64,000 nt of DNA from Thermoplasmatota archaeon (GTDB lineage: Archaea > Thermoplasmatota > Thermoplasmata > UBA10834): contig CAWFTI010000003.1 in NCBI GenBank assembly GCA_963818745.1, positions 565,876 through 629,875 of the forward strand, given 5' to 3'. Each line of letters begins with the position of its first letter. The stretch's first letter is position 1. A model generated the notes under the pieces. It was not told the DNA's origin and did no database searches. It was given only the letters and a program-made list of their open reading frames with translations. Positions 30,060-39,925 of this stretch are shown one piece after another. The position numbers and the translations under genes were made by a program.

Positions 30060-31763
30060 TCAAAGTCCTTTGAGCGCTCCGAGGCCCTCGCCGGAGACCA
30101 GCTTCGCCACCGCCGTCGGAACGTTCTCCTTCCGGACCCGCACCTGCTCCGCGCTGTCCCTCTCCCTGATCGTGACCGTGCCGTTCTCCTTCGTATCGTA
30201 GTCGACCGTGACGCAGCACGGGGTGCCGACCTCGTCCATGCGGGCGTACCTCCGCCCGATCGAGCCGCCGTCGTCGTAGAACGTCGCGAGCCCGGCGCAC
30301 GCGAGCGAGTCGTGTATCTCCATCGCGATCTCGTCCAGGCCGTCCCTGGGCATGAGCGGGAACACGCCCGCCTTGATCGGAGCGACCAGGCCCTTCAGCT
30401 TGAGCGTGACGTAATCGTCCTTCTTGTGATACGCGTGCTCGAGCACCGTGTACAGCATCCGGTCGACGCCGTAGGACGGTTCGATCACGTGGGGCACGAG
30501 CTTCCTGCCCGAGACCTTCTCCTTCCTGAGCACGACCTCGAAGCACGAGGAGGGCACGGTGTGCTTCTTCCCCTCGACCTCGACCTGGACCTCGCCCTTG
30601 CCTTTGACCGATGCTGGCGGGAGCTTGGAGAGCGCGTCCGCGATCTTCTTCGTCTCGCCCTTGAAGAGCTTGCCCATGACCTCGAACTTGGGCTTGACTA
30701 CCTCCTGCTCGACCTCCTTCGGCTCGTCGAACCTCTCGAAGGCCATGAGCTCGGCCCCCGAGTGCTCGATGTGCGCTGAGAGGTCGTAGCAGCCCCTGTC
30801 GGCGATGCCCACGAGCTCCATCCAGCCGTAGCCTATCTCCGCCTCGAGGTCCCAGCAGTCGGAGGCGTAGTGCGCCATCTCGGTCTTCTCGTGCTGCCTG
30901 AACCTGAGCCGCTTCGGGTCCATGCCTATGTCGACTGCGTACTTCCATGTGAGCCAGATGTAGTAGGCGAGGACCTCGTTGACTATGACCTTCCTCGCGA
31001 CGGCCTCCTCGAGCGAGAGCGTGACCGGGTCGCCGGAGTTGGGCACCAGGGGCAGCTTCTCGTGCTTCACGCGCTTGAACCTGGGCCAGGTCTTGTCCTC
31101 AGGGTGGACGAACAGCTCGGCCTCCATCTGGTGGAACTCCCGCAGGCGGGTCAGGCCCTGCCTGGGGGAGATCTCGTTCCTGAAGGCCTTCCCGATCTGG
31201 ACCGCGCCCACGGGCAGCTTGTCCCTGTTGTACCTGTACACCTGCTCGAAGTTGACGAACATGCCCTGGGCGGTCTCGGGCCTCAGGTACCCCGGCTTCG
31301 CGTTGCCCGCGCCGACCGAGGTCTTGAACATGAGGTTGAACCGCCTGGGCGGCGTGAGCTCGCCCTTGCACTGGAGGCACACGACGCCGTTGTCCTTGAG
31401 CAGCTTCCCCAGCTGCTCCTCGTTGAGGGTCGCGGGGTTGTCGTGCATCCCCGCGGCGAGATGGTCCGCCCGGTAGGTCTCGCCGCACTTGGTGCACTCG
31501 ACGTACATGTCGGAGAACGCGTCCAGGTGCCCCGAGGCCTTGAACACGGGCTGCGGGGCGATGACCGGGCACGATATCTCGTGGAAGCCCTCGCCCAGGA
31601 CGTAGAGCCTCCTCCAGTGGTTCTCCATGTTGTTCTTGAGGGCCGTCCCGAGAGGGCCGTAGTCGAACATGCCGGCGAAGCCGCCGTATATGTCGTACGC
31701 TGGCCATAGGAACCCTCGGCGCTTGCAGAGGGACAGTATATCCTGCGGATCCATGGACATCAC
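30060..31763 (-). CDS. glyS: Glycyl-tRNA synthetase, archaeal/eukaryal alpha2 type
   Basis: Class II motifs, the N-terminus MSMDPQDILSLCKRRGFLWPAYDIYGG, and the C-terminal anticodon-binding domain are typical of this GlyRS type. Confidence 0.9.
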   Translation of the reverse strand: MMSMDPQDILSLCKRRGFLWPAYDIYGGFAGMFDYGPLGTALKNNMENHWRRLYVLGEGFHEISCPVIAPQPVFKASGHLDAFSDMYVECTKCGETYRADHLAAGMHDNPATLNEEQLGKLLKDNGVVCLQCKGELTPPRRFNLMFKTSVGAGNAKPGYLRPETAQGMFVNFEQVYRYNRDKLPVGAVQIGKAFRNEISPRQGLTRLREFHQMEAELFVHPEDKTWPRFKRVKHEKLPLVPNSGDPVTLSLEEAVARKVIVNEVLAYYIWLTWKYAVDIGMDPKRLRFRQHEKTEMAHYASDCWDLEAEIGYGWMELVGIADRGCYDLSAHIEHSGAELMAFERFDEPKEVEQEVVKPKFEVMGKLFKGETKKIADALSKLPPASVKGKGEVQVEVEGKKHTVPSSCFEVVLRKEKVSGRKLVPHVIEPSYGVDRMLYTVLEHAYHKKDDYVTLKLKGLVAPIKAGVFPLMPRDGLDEIAMEIHDSLACAGLATFYDDGGSIGRRYARMDEVGTPCCVTVDYDTKENGTVTIRERDSAEQVRVRKENVPTAVAKLVSGEGLGALKGL

Positions 31764-32602
31764 TTGGTGAGTGTGGATACCACATCTATGTCATAAATCA
31801 TCGCCACGAGGTTGTCCTTGGAATCGCGCACGGGCAGCTGCCCGAAGTCGTGCTTCCTCATCAGCCTCGCCGCGTCCCCGACGAGCGTCTTCCTGAAGAC
31901 GGTCATCGGGCTCTTGATCATGATGTCCTTCACGGTGAGCTTGGGCAGGTCCACCCTGGAGACCTCGTACCAGAGCTTCATGACGTTCCTGAGGCCCTCC
32001 CAGGTCCAGTTGTCGTCCTCGTCGCTTATGCCCAGGTCGCTCATCACGACGCTGCTGTCGACCACGCTCTGGTTGAATACGTCCCTGTCCGTGATGATGC
32101 CCACGAGCTTGGCATCGTCGTCCAGGACCGGGAGCGCGTACACCTTCGCCGCCCTGAAGGTCGCGAGCGCAACGATGAGCGGAGCGTTCGCGTAGGTCGG
32201 GATGCAGGGCGACCGGACGATCTCCTCGACCGTGATCTGCGGGTTTGTCTTCTCCACCACTATCAGGAGGTCGGTGGGCGTCAGGATCCCCACGAGCTTC
32301 CCCTTCTCCACGACGGGCAGATGGCTCAGGACCTGGTCCACCATTATCCTCGCGGCGTCCTTGACGCTCGCGTTCGGGCCTATGGTGGGGTAGTCCCTCC
32401 TCATCACGAGCGCGAGCTGCTCCTCCTCGGGCTTCGAGAATATGTCCTGCCTGGTGACGAAACCCGCGAGCGTGCCGTCGCTCGACTTCACGACCGGCAT
32501 CCCCGTGACGTTGTTCTTCACCAGCTGCTTCAGGACCTCGGTCCTGGTGCCGGGAAGCTCCGCCACTATTGGGTTCTCCGTCATGACTTCCTTGACCTTC
32601 AT
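31760..32602 (-). CDS. CBS-domain protein (two CBS pairs)
   Basis: Four CBS-type repeats (VTGMPVV, LSHLPVV, ALPVLD, QLPVRD); stop overlaps the glyS start. Confidence 0.8.
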   Translation of the reverse strand: MKVKEVMTENPIVAELPGTRTEVLKQLVKNNVTGMPVVKSSDGTLAGFVTRQDIFSKPEEEQLALVMRRDYPTIGPNASVKDAARIMVDQVLSHLPVVEKGKLVGILTPTDLLIVVEKTNPQITVEEIVRSPCIPTYANAPLIVALATFRAAKVYALPVLDDDAKLVGIITDRDVFNQSVVDSSVVMSDLGISDEDDNWTWEGLRNVMKLWYEVSRVDLPKLTVKDIMIKSPMTVFRKTLVGDAARLMRKHDFGQLPVRDSKDNLVAMIYDIDVVSTLTK

Positions 32603-32609
32603 CTGGGGA

Positions 32610-33047
32610 TCACCTCTTCTTGGCCCTCACTACCAGAACGGGGCACGGCGCGTATCTGGTGACCCTCTCGGCCACGCTGCCCATGAAGAGCTTCGATATC
32701 GCGGACCTGCCGAGCGTGCCCATGACCACCAGGTCGAAGTCCGCGGCCATCTCGACGATCTTCCTCGTCGGCGACCCCTCGACCACGACGGGGGTGACCT
32801 TCACGCCCATCTGGTCCCCCTCGGTCTTGACCTCGTCCACGGCCCGCTTGCCCTCGTTCTCGAGCAGGGAGTAGACGCTGACGATCGTGGAGTCCATCGG
32901 GAAGCTGACGAAGGAGGTCTGGTCGATGACGTACAGCGCGGTGACCTCGGCTCCCAAGACCTTCGCGAGCTTGAGGCCCTTGGACACGGCCTCCTTGGTG
33001 TACTCCGACCCGTCCGTGGCTATGAGTATCCTCTTGATGTCCTCCAA
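32610..33047 (-). CDS. Universal stress protein (UspA family), TTG start
   Basis: ILIATDGSE...LVVMGTLGRS...PVLVVR. A GGAGG is 7 nt upstream of the TTG. The longer ORF to 33146 is Arg-rich junk. Confidence 0.75.
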   Translation of the reverse strand: MEDIKRILIATDGSEYTKEAVSKGLKLAKVLGAEVTALYVIDQTSFVSFPMDSTIVSVYSLLENEGKRAVDEVKTEGDQMGVKVTPVVVEGSPTRKIVEMAADFDLVVMGTLGRSAISKLFMGSVAERVTRYAPCPVLVVRAKKR

Positions 33048-33048
33048 T

Positions 33049-34119
33049 CTAAGGCCTCCGTAACCTTCCTCCGCGGATGACCGCCGATATGTCCCCCGAC
33101 CTCGCCGTCGTGACCACCTCGAGCAGCGGGTCAGCGCCGCCCACATCCACGGCCACGAGGTCGTCCGAAACGCCTATTTCCGTAGTTATCTTGCCCTCCG
33201 CATTTAATACTTTGCGCCCGCCGAACGTCGCCAGTTGTACTGTCTGGGCCGGTGTGAGCCCGCCCTTGGGGAGGCTGAGCCTGTACGCAGCCTGCAGCTC
33301 CGAGAGCATGTCAGGGCTGCTTATCATGCAGTTGTCCGTCCCGAGGGCGACCGTGAGGCCGGCCCGGAGCATCCGGGGGATGTCGGGTTTGATCCCGAAG
33401 AACTCGTTCGAGCGGGGGCACACGACCACGGGCACATCATTCTCCGCGCATCTGCGCAGATCCTGGTCCGTCGCGGCCGTCATGTGCACCAGGAAGTCCG
33501 GCTGGAGCGCGAGGACCCTGTCCAGGTTCTCGTGCAGCGCCTCGCTCGCGTGCAGCGCGAACAGCTTCCCCCGCGATTTGGTGATCCTGCACATCTTGGT
33601 CAGGGAGTCCAGGGGCCAGTCCCTGACGGCGCTCAGCCCGAGCCCCTGACAGTGTTTCAGGAGGGATTCCATCTCATTGACGAGGACGCCGTCCCCCACG
33701 GGCCTGCCCAGCACGACCGCGCGGGGGGAGTCTTCGTCCAGGGCCTCGGCGACCATCTTGACACCCTCGACGCCCTCCTCCCGGAAGTCTATGAACGCCG
33801 CCGTCCCGGTCGACCCCATGGTCCTGATGGAGGCCCTCATCGAGGACACCTTCTCATCCCTGGGAGAGGCCTTCAGCACGCGGTGCTTGTACCCGTCCGG
33901 AGGACCGACGATCTCCTCGACGGTCCCCTTCGGGGCTGGATATGCGATGGAGTCGCCCACATGGGTGTGAGCGTTGACGAACGCTGGAAGGATGACCGAC
34001 CGCGTCGATTCCCGAGGTGCTGCCCCGAGACAGACCTCCTCCAGGACTCCGTCTTCGAACCTGAGATACCCCTCCACAACTCCTTCGGGGGTGTACAACC
34101 ACCTGCCCACGTATTCCAT
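33049..34119 (-). CDS. Amidohydrolase-family metal-dependent hydrolase (chlorohydrolase / deaminase-like)
   Basis: Motifs FVNAHTHVGDS (HxH), HASE and GTDN are typical of the amidohydrolase fold. Start MEYVGRW. Confidence 0.75.
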   Translation of the reverse strand: MEYVGRWLYTPEGVVEGYLRFEDGVLEEVCLGAAPRESTRSVILPAFVNAHTHVGDSIAYPAPKGTVEEIVGPPDGYKHRVLKASPRDEKVSSMRASIRTMGSTGTAAFIDFREEGVEGVKMVAEALDEDSPRAVVLGRPVGDGVLVNEMESLLKHCQGLGLSAVRDWPLDSLTKMCRITKSRGKLFALHASEALHENLDRVLALQPDFLVHMTAATDQDLRRCAENDVPVVVCPRSNEFFGIKPDIPRMLRAGLTVALGTDNCMISSPDMLSELQAAYRLSLPKGGLTPAQTVQLATFGGRKVLNAEGKITTEIGVSDDLVAVDVGGADPLLEVVTTARSGDISAVIRGGRLRRP

Positions 34120-34284
34120 CCTCAAGCCCTCTGACGGCGAATCGCGGACTCCCATCTAATAACTATCCGAGCGGTATCCGAACGGAACGGGGCGCGAGGG
34201 TCGAATCCTGCCGCGGGGGGCATCCAGCACTCTGCGAAGGCGATGAAAACCGTCCAAGAAAGCATTGTTTTCGGTCGCGAAGCT

Positions 34285-34291
34285 TTATATT
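34285..34291 (+). promoter_or_regulatory. TATA-like box (ctttatatt) ~45 bp upstream of the ferredoxin ATG; GGAGG RBS at 34323-34327
   Basis: An AT-rich box plus a Shine-Dalgarno-like GGAGG 7 nt before the ATG. Confidence 0.35.
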
Positions 34292-34334
34292 GAAGGAGGC
34301 ATTCACGAAATATATCAGATCCGGAGGCTGTCAG

Positions 34335-34511
34335 ATGCCAGCGAAGATAACAAAGGATGAGTGCGTTGCTTGCGGCGCATGCGTGGATGTCTGCCCTGAG
34401 GGTGCGATCACCTGCGAGGATGTCGCGATTGTGGACGAGAAGAAGTGCCTCGACTGCGGCGCCTGCGTGGACGAGTGCCCGAATAACGCGATAAAGCTCG
34501 AAGACAAGTAA
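34335..34511 (+). CDS. 2x[4Fe-4S] ferredoxin
   Basis: Two CxxCxxCxxxCP motifs (CVACGACVDVCP, CLDCGACVDECP); 58 aa. Confidence 0.85.
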   Translation: MPAKITKDECVACGACVDVCPEGAITCEDVAIVDEKKCLDCGACVDECPNNAIKLEDK

Positions 34512-34651
34512 GGCTCACCTCTCGCTTTCCACAGATCGAGACCAAACCACTGAAACCACTTCCCGCATAATTCTCTCTGAATCGTCGTTTCATGAATCCA
34601 GCCGACCAACCTTGAAATAAGCGCTTCCCAATCCCATCCTCAGGTGAATGA

Positions 34652-35416
34652 GTGGACCCCAGGGTCGTGGACGCGGTCGTGATTGTGCTCGTGGCCTTCG
34701 TCCCGTCCCTGGTGTACCTCGTGTGGATTCGGAACACCGAGAAGTACTCGAGGGAGCCGTGGGGCAGGCTCCTCAGGGTGTTCGCCTACGGCGCAGTGTT
34801 CTCCGTCGTGATCGCCGTCGTGCTCGAACTCATCCTGATGGCCCTGTACGACCAGAACATCGAGAGGGTGTACCAGGCCCTTGGCGAGAACCCCAACCTC
34901 ACGATGCTCGTGCTCGCCTGCGTCATCGCCCCTTTCGTCGAGGAGGCCACGAAGGCCCTGGGCGTGTTCCGGGCGAGGAGGATGATGGGCGAGATCGAGA
35001 ACGGCATCGTCTACGGCGCCGCCGCCGGCCTGGGCTTCGCGGCCACGGAGAACCTCCTGTACGAGGGCACCGCCTTCCTGACGGACGGCGCGGAGGCGTG
35101 GATCGCGACCGCCGTGGTCAGGAGCCTCTCGTCGGCGCTGCTGCACGCGAGCGCGTCCGCGGTCGTCGGCCTGGGCATCGCGAAGAGCGTGAGGAACGGG
35201 AGCAGCTGGGCCCCGTACTATCTCGGCGCTGTCGTCATGCACGGCTCGTTCAACTTCGCAGCGTCCTTCGGCGTCCTGTACGCGGACGACATCGGGGACG
35301 TGGCGTACCTCATCGGGCTCGCCGCAGCCTTCCTGATAGCCATCGTGGGCATATCCTCCATGCGGTCCAAGATCAGGGCGCTCGAAGGAGGGCGCTCCAG
35401 AAGGGTCCGCCGGTGA
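34652..35416 (+). CDS. PrsW-family intramembrane metalloprotease
   Basis: Motifs FVEEATKAL, GFAATEN and HGSFNF within a multi-TM protein. Confidence 0.75.
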   Translation: MDPRVVDAVVIVLVAFVPSLVYLVWIRNTEKYSREPWGRLLRVFAYGAVFSVVIAVVLELILMALYDQNIERVYQALGENPNLTMLVLACVIAPFVEEATKALGVFRARRMMGEIENGIVYGAAAGLGFAATENLLYEGTAFLTDGAEAWIATAVVRSLSSALLHASASAVVGLGIAKSVRNGSSWAPYYLGAVVMHGSFNFAASFGVLYADDIGDVAYLIGLAAAFLIAIVGISSMRSKIRALEGGRSRRVRR

Positions 35417-35471
35417 GACCCGGGGCGCTCTTCGGAAAGACATATGATGCCCGTCGCCCAATGCGGACTCG

Positions 35472-36035
35472 TTGAAGTTCAGGGCTTTCATATCAGCGGA
35501 CATCGTGCCAAACAAGGCGCTCGACTCGCTCCTCAGAGAGCTAGCCATGTCCCGGGCGGACCTCAAGGTGGTCAGGCCGGAGCTGCTCCACATCACGCTC
35601 AAGTTCCTCGGGGACACCGACGAGGCGCTGGTCGAAGAGATAGGTTCTGGGATAGAGAAGGCCACCGAAGGGGTGGGGCCGTTCACGATGCGCCTCGTAG
35701 GGATGGGTGCCTTCCCATCGATGTCGAACATCCGGGTCGTGTGGGTGGGGATCGAGGACGGGAACGCGCTCGGCCAGATCGCCTCCGGGCTCGACACCGT
35801 CATGGCCCCTCTCGGGTTCGAGAGGGACAAGAAGGGCTTCAAGCCGCACCTCACGCTCGCGAGGGCCAGGAGCGGGAGGAACATCGCCAAAGTACAGGAG
35901 ATCATCAGGGCGAACGCAGCCACCGAGTACGGTGAGTACTCCGTCGACCGGATACTTCTCAAGAGGAGCGTGCTGTGCCCCGAGGGCCCGACTTACTCCG
36001 TCGTGCGCGAGGTACTCCTGAGCAAGGGCGCTTGA
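35472..36035 (+). CDS. thpR: RNA 2',3'-cyclic phosphodiesterase (2H phosphoesterase, LigT/ThpR)
   Basis: Two HxT/S motifs (HITLKFLG, HLTLAR); 187 aa. Confidence 0.8.
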   Translation: MKFRAFISADIVPNKALDSLLRELAMSRADLKVVRPELLHITLKFLGDTDEALVEEIGSGIEKATEGVGPFTMRLVGMGAFPSMSNIRVVWVGIEDGNALGQIASGLDTVMAPLGFERDKKGFKPHLTLARARSGRNIAKVQEIIRANAATEYGEYSVDRILLKRSVLCPEGPTYSVVREVLLSKGA

Positions 36036-36059
36036 AGAGGATCGTCCTCTGCGACCGCC

Positions 36060-38078
36060 TCATTTCCGATCGGACCGTACGGAGCGCTCGATGAGCTCCA
36101 CGAGGTCCAGGACCTCGATGCCGCCGTTCCCCTTCTGGCATTCCCTGAGGCTCTGGACGCACCAAGGGCACGCGGTCACAAGGGTCTTGGCGCCTGACGC
36201 CCTCGCCATCTCGACCCTCTCGAGCGCGATCGCGTCCGCGAGGTCCGGATACCCCGTCCTGACGCCGGCCCCAGAGCCGCAGCACGCGCTCTGGTTCCTC
36301 GAGCGCGGCATCTCGATCGGGGCGGCGCCCGAGACCGATTCGATCAGCCTCCGGGGCTCCTCGTACACGCCCAGCTCCCTCCCCAGGTCGCACGGGTCGT
36401 GGTACGCGAGCGCGCCCAGGCCCTCGAGCTTCGCGAGCCGGAGCCCGGGCATCCGCTCGCCTAGGAACTGTGATATGTGCTTCACATCGACCTTGTACTT
36501 CTCCCTCAGGTCCTTGTGCCTGCTCAGGGCGGAGGCGCAGCCGGGGCAGGACGTGACGACCGTCTTGGCGCCGGCCTCCTTGAAATCCTTGAAGCATCCC
36601 TCGGCCTTCTCGCGGGACAGGACATCGTCGCCGAGCTTCCTGGCCGTCGATCCGCAGCATCTCTCGGCCTGGCCCAGGTACGCGGGCTCCACCCCGATGG
36701 AGCGGAGGATGGTCACTACCTTCGAGGCGTTCTCCGGGAACAGGAGCGAGGTCGAGCATCCGGCGAAGTACAGCACATCCCCCTTGGGCCTCAGGTCGAG
36801 CCCCTTGGACCACCGTGCCTTCTGCGCCCTCGGGACCTGCCACGGGTTGTCGTAGTTCCGCACGCTGGAGAGGGCTATCGTGTGGTCGAACACCTCGCCC
36901 TTTTTGGCTTCTCTCGCCTTCTTCCTCGTGGCTATTACGCCCTTTTTGGTGTCTATCTTGGACGGACAGACCTCGGTGCACGCCCCGCAGGCCGTGCAGA
37001 GGTAGAGTCCCCCCTCGAGGGACTCGTCTAGCTTGCCCGTCGAGCCCGCGAGGTGAACCCCCTGTCCGCCCATGTGCCCCGGGCTGCCGTACACCGGGCC
37101 GATGATGTTGTACACGGGGCACCTGAGGAGGCACATGCCGCACCCGATGCAGCGCTGCGCCTCCTTGTCCTCAGCGTCGAGCCGCCCGTCATCGACGAAG
37201 ACGATGACGACCTCCTTCGGCCCGTGCATCCCCTTGTACACCTTCTTCTCGATGTCCGCGGTGTAGCTCGGGCCGGTTATGACGTTGATGTACGAGCTGA
37301 CGATCTTGCCGGTGGAGAGGTATGTCTGGAGCTTGGTCACGTTCACGGCGTCGTCCAGCGTGGGCACGACCTTCTCCGGTGTGGTGACTATGATGTGCTT
37401 GTCCGGGAGCATCGCGCACTTGGCCGCGTTCCCCTCGTTGTGCACTATCACGACCGCGCCCTCGGCCGCGGTGACGGCGTTCGCGCCCGTGATGCCGACC
37501 TTCGCGCGCGAGATGTAGTCCGCGATCTCCTCGCGCATGACGGACGTGAGTTCCGCGGGGTCGTCGGAGATCTGTCTCCCGAAGTGCCCAGTGAACAGCT
37601 CGGCGATCTGCTGCCTGGTCATGTGGCACGCAGGGCCTGTCGGATGCGACGCCGCGCACCCGGCGAGCTGCACGATCCTGTCCCCCAGGTCGGTCTCGAC
37701 GACCTCGACCCCCTGGTTCTTCAGATGGTCCGCGAGGTGCAGCTCCTTGGTGACGTTGGACTTCGACTTCACGACGAGGCGGTAGTCCCTGACCTCGTCC
37801 GAGATCGCTCTCAGGGCGCCCTCGGCCGTCCTAGCGAGCACGACCCTGAACCCGTTCGAGCGCAGGACGGCGACGGCCTCCTGGAAAAGCTCCTCGTTGC
37901 CGACCGAGGATTCCTTGGTCTTGCGGAGACGCTCCTTGCGGTCCTCGAGGTCGGGTATCCGGCGGGCGTTCTCCCTCTGCCTCGCCTCGATGGTCTCGAA
38001 CGACCTCCTCATGCCATCGAGAGACGACCTCTCGGCCACGGCCTTGCTGACGCGTTCCTTGAGTTCCATAATCCTCAA
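36060..38078 (-). CDS. LUD-domain / 2x[4Fe-4S] / tandem CCG-domain iron-sulfur oxidoreductase (LutB- or HdrD-like)
   Basis: N-terminal LUD/DUF162 domain; CIGCGMCLLRCP and CTACGACTEVCP ferredoxin motifs; two Cys-rich CCG domains (CCGS...PCDLG, CCGSGAG...CPWC). Confidence 0.8.
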   Translation of the reverse strand: MRIMELKERVSKAVAERSSLDGMRRSFETIEARQRENARRIPDLEDRKERLRKTKESSVGNEELFQEAVAVLRSNGFRVVLARTAEGALRAISDEVRDYRLVVKSKSNVTKELHLADHLKNQGVEVVETDLGDRIVQLAGCAASHPTGPACHMTRQQIAELFTGHFGRQISDDPAELTSVMREEIADYISRAKVGITGANAVTAAEGAVVIVHNEGNAAKCAMLPDKHIIVTTPEKVVPTLDDAVNVTKLQTYLSTGKIVSSYINVITGPSYTADIEKKVYKGMHGPKEVVIVFVDDGRLDAEDKEAQRCIGCGMCLLRCPVYNIIGPVYGSPGHMGGQGVHLAGSTGKLDESLEGGLYLCTACGACTEVCPSKIDTKKGVIATRKKAREAKKGEVFDHTIALSSVRNYDNPWQVPRAQKARWSKGLDLRPKGDVLYFAGCSTSLLFPENASKVVTILRSIGVEPAYLGQAERCCGSTARKLGDDVLSREKAEGCFKDFKEAGAKTVVTSCPGCASALSRHKDLREKYKVDVKHISQFLGERMPGLRLAKLEGLGALAYHDPCDLGRELGVYEEPRRLIESVSGAAPIEMPRSRNQSACCGSGAGVRTGYPDLADAIALERVEMARASGAKTLVTACPWCVQSLRECQKGNGGIEVLDLVELIERSVRSDRK

Positions 38079-38115
38079 CGACGGACTTGGAATGCGTGAA
38101 TGCTGGGAAGAAGCA

Positions 38116-38490
38116 TCAAGGTTCGGCCGTCTGCAGCTTGTCGTACTCGACCACGTGAGATATCCCGCCCTTCTTCAGGATCTTGCTCAGCCTCTCGGAT
38201 ATCCTCACGATCTCGGTGGTCTTGGAATCGGCCCTGATGTAGAACTCCTTCTTCGCCCTTCCGAGCGGGAAGACCAGCTTCATCCTGCCGCGCCTGGTGT
38301 AGCCCTCGGGCTTCCTGTTCTTCTCGATGTCCATCATGTTTATCCGCAGGAACATCTGGAGAACCTCGTCGTCCTCGGGCACCTGGTCGGTCTCCTCGAA
38401 GAACGCCTTCAAGAGCTCCTCGAAGACATCGCTCAGGTCCTTGTACTTGAACTTCTCCTTGAATACGATGTGCCCCGACTCGGCCTTCAT
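38116..38490 (-). CDS. Hypothetical protein
   Basis: 124-aa K/E-rich ORF with genome-typical GC3; no motif recognised. Confidence 0.5.
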   Translation of the reverse strand: MKAESGHIVFKEKFKYKDLSDVFEELLKAFFEETDQVPEDDEVLQMFLRINMMDIEKNRKPEGYTRRGRMKLVFPLGRAKKEFYIRADSKTTEIVRISERLSKILKKGGISHVVEYDKLQTAEP

Positions 38491-38595
38491 AGCGGGCGTT
38501 CAGATTGGCTCTCGCGTATTTAACGATAGTGCCAGGAGAGTCGGGCCACTGGATGGGCACAAGTGCTTTATCGGAATTAGTCCATCAAGAGCAGG

Positions 38596-39915
38596 ATGGC
38601 TAACGCTCTTACGATAGCCGGCTCGGATTCCGTGGGAGGCGCAGGGCTCCAGGCCGACATCAAGGCGTTCGAGGCAGTCGGCGTACACGGATGCTCGGTC
38701 GTCACCTGCGTCACATCGCAGAACACGCGCGGCGTCTCCTCCATCTTCCCGATCCCTGTCAACGAGATAGCGAGCCAGATCCGGTCGGTCCTGGAGGACG
38801 TCGAGCTGGACGCGGTGAAGACGGGCATGCTGTACAGCGCCGACATCGTGAAGACGGTCGCGTCCGCCCTCAGGGGCCTGGACGCTCCGATCGTGGTCGA
38901 CCCGGTGATGGCGGCCACGACCGGGAGCGAGCTGCATGTGAGCGGGTTCGTCGAGGCGATGATGACGAAGCTGCTGCCCATGTGCGCGCTCGTCACGCCG
39001 AACCTCAGCGAGGCTGAAAGGCTCTCCGGGATCAAGGTCAAGGATGAGAGGAGCGCGCGCAAGGCCGCACTCGAGATACTCGAGCTGGGGCCGGAGGCCG
39101 TGCTGGTCAAGGGAGGGCATCTCAAGGGTCCGGAGTCCGCGGACTACCTGTGCACGGACGGCAAGGTCGTCAAGCTCTCCTCCCCCCGGGTCGATGTGGA
39201 GGTCCACGGGACCGGGTGCGCGCTCGGGTCTCTGATCGCCGCGAACCTGGCCCTCGGGCTCGAGCTCGAGGAGGCCGTGAGGACGTCCAAGGGCATGATA
39301 TACAAGGCGATCCTGGCAAGGGAGATCGTCGGCAGAGGGGTGCCGTGCGCCAACCCGCTCGCGGTGCTCCGGATAGAGGCGCAGAAGGCAACGGTCCTCG
39401 AACAGCTCGAGGACGCAGGAAGGGAGCTCGAGCAGATACTGGACGCTGCTCTCCTTCCGGAGGTCGGGACGAACATGGGATATGCCGTGATGGGCGCCCT
39501 CGACCCTCAAGAGGTCGCGGCGTTCGACGGGAGGATAGTCAGGGTCGGCACCAGGGCGAAGCGCGTCGGGTGCGCCAGGTTCGGCGGCTCGAAGCACGTC
39601 GCGCGGATCGTGCTCGCGGCTTCGTCGAAGGACCCGGAGGTCAGGTGCGCCATGAACCTGAAGTACAACGACGACAACGTGGCCGCGTGCAGGAGCGCCA
39701 AGCTCTCGGTCGCCACATTCGACAGGGCGAGGGAGCCGAAGGGCGTGTCATCTATGACCTGGGGGGTCCTGTACGCCATCGATAGGCACGGCAGGGTGCC
39801 CGATGTGATATTCGACAAGGGCGGGCCGGGAAAGGAGCCCATGATACGGCTCCTGGGAAGGACCCCGGAAGACGTCGTGATGAAGTTGAAGCGTATCGTC
39901 TCCAAGCGGCAGTAA
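38596..39915 (+). CDS. thiDN: Bifunctional hydroxymethylpyrimidine/phosphomethylpyrimidine kinase and thiamine-phosphate synthase (ThiD-ThiN fusion)
   Basis: ThiD motifs (IAGSDSVGGAGLQADIKA, VKGGH) followed by a ThiN-like C-terminal domain. This fusion is characteristic of archaea. Confidence 0.8.
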   Translation: MANALTIAGSDSVGGAGLQADIKAFEAVGVHGCSVVTCVTSQNTRGVSSIFPIPVNEIASQIRSVLEDVELDAVKTGMLYSADIVKTVASALRGLDAPIVVDPVMAATTGSELHVSGFVEAMMTKLLPMCALVTPNLSEAERLSGIKVKDERSARKAALEILELGPEAVLVKGGHLKGPESADYLCTDGKVVKLSSPRVDVEVHGTGCALGSLIAANLALGLELEEAVRTSKGMIYKAILAREIVGRGVPCANPLAVLRIEAQKATVLEQLEDAGRELEQILDAALLPEVGTNMGYAVMGALDPQEVAAFDGRIVRVGTRAKRVGCARFGGSKHVARIVLAASSKDPEVRCAMNLKYNDDNVAACRSAKLSVATFDRAREPKGVSSMTWGVLYAIDRHGRVPDVIFDKGGPGKEPMIRLLGRTPEDVVMKLKRIVSKRQ

Positions 39916-39925
39916 GGGTGATCAC

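Noticed and set aside
28709-30948. N-terminal ~300 aa of the 742-aa ORF 28720-30948 and ORFs 28813-29277(+), 29267-29869(-)
   Set aside because: Arg/Gly-rich junk antisense to glyS or out of frame. The methyltransferase proper starts at MNPQGS (30039).
34640-35962. 440-aa minus-strand ORF antisense to prsW and thpR
   Set aside because: Low-complexity Arg/Ser/Pro composition; both plus-strand genes have diagnostic catalytic motifs.
37053-39597. ORFs 37053-38099(+), 38500-39597(-) and others antisense to the LUD-FeS gene and thiDN
   Set aside because: No motifs, Arg/Leu/Pro/Asp-rich; the sense genes are strongly supported.
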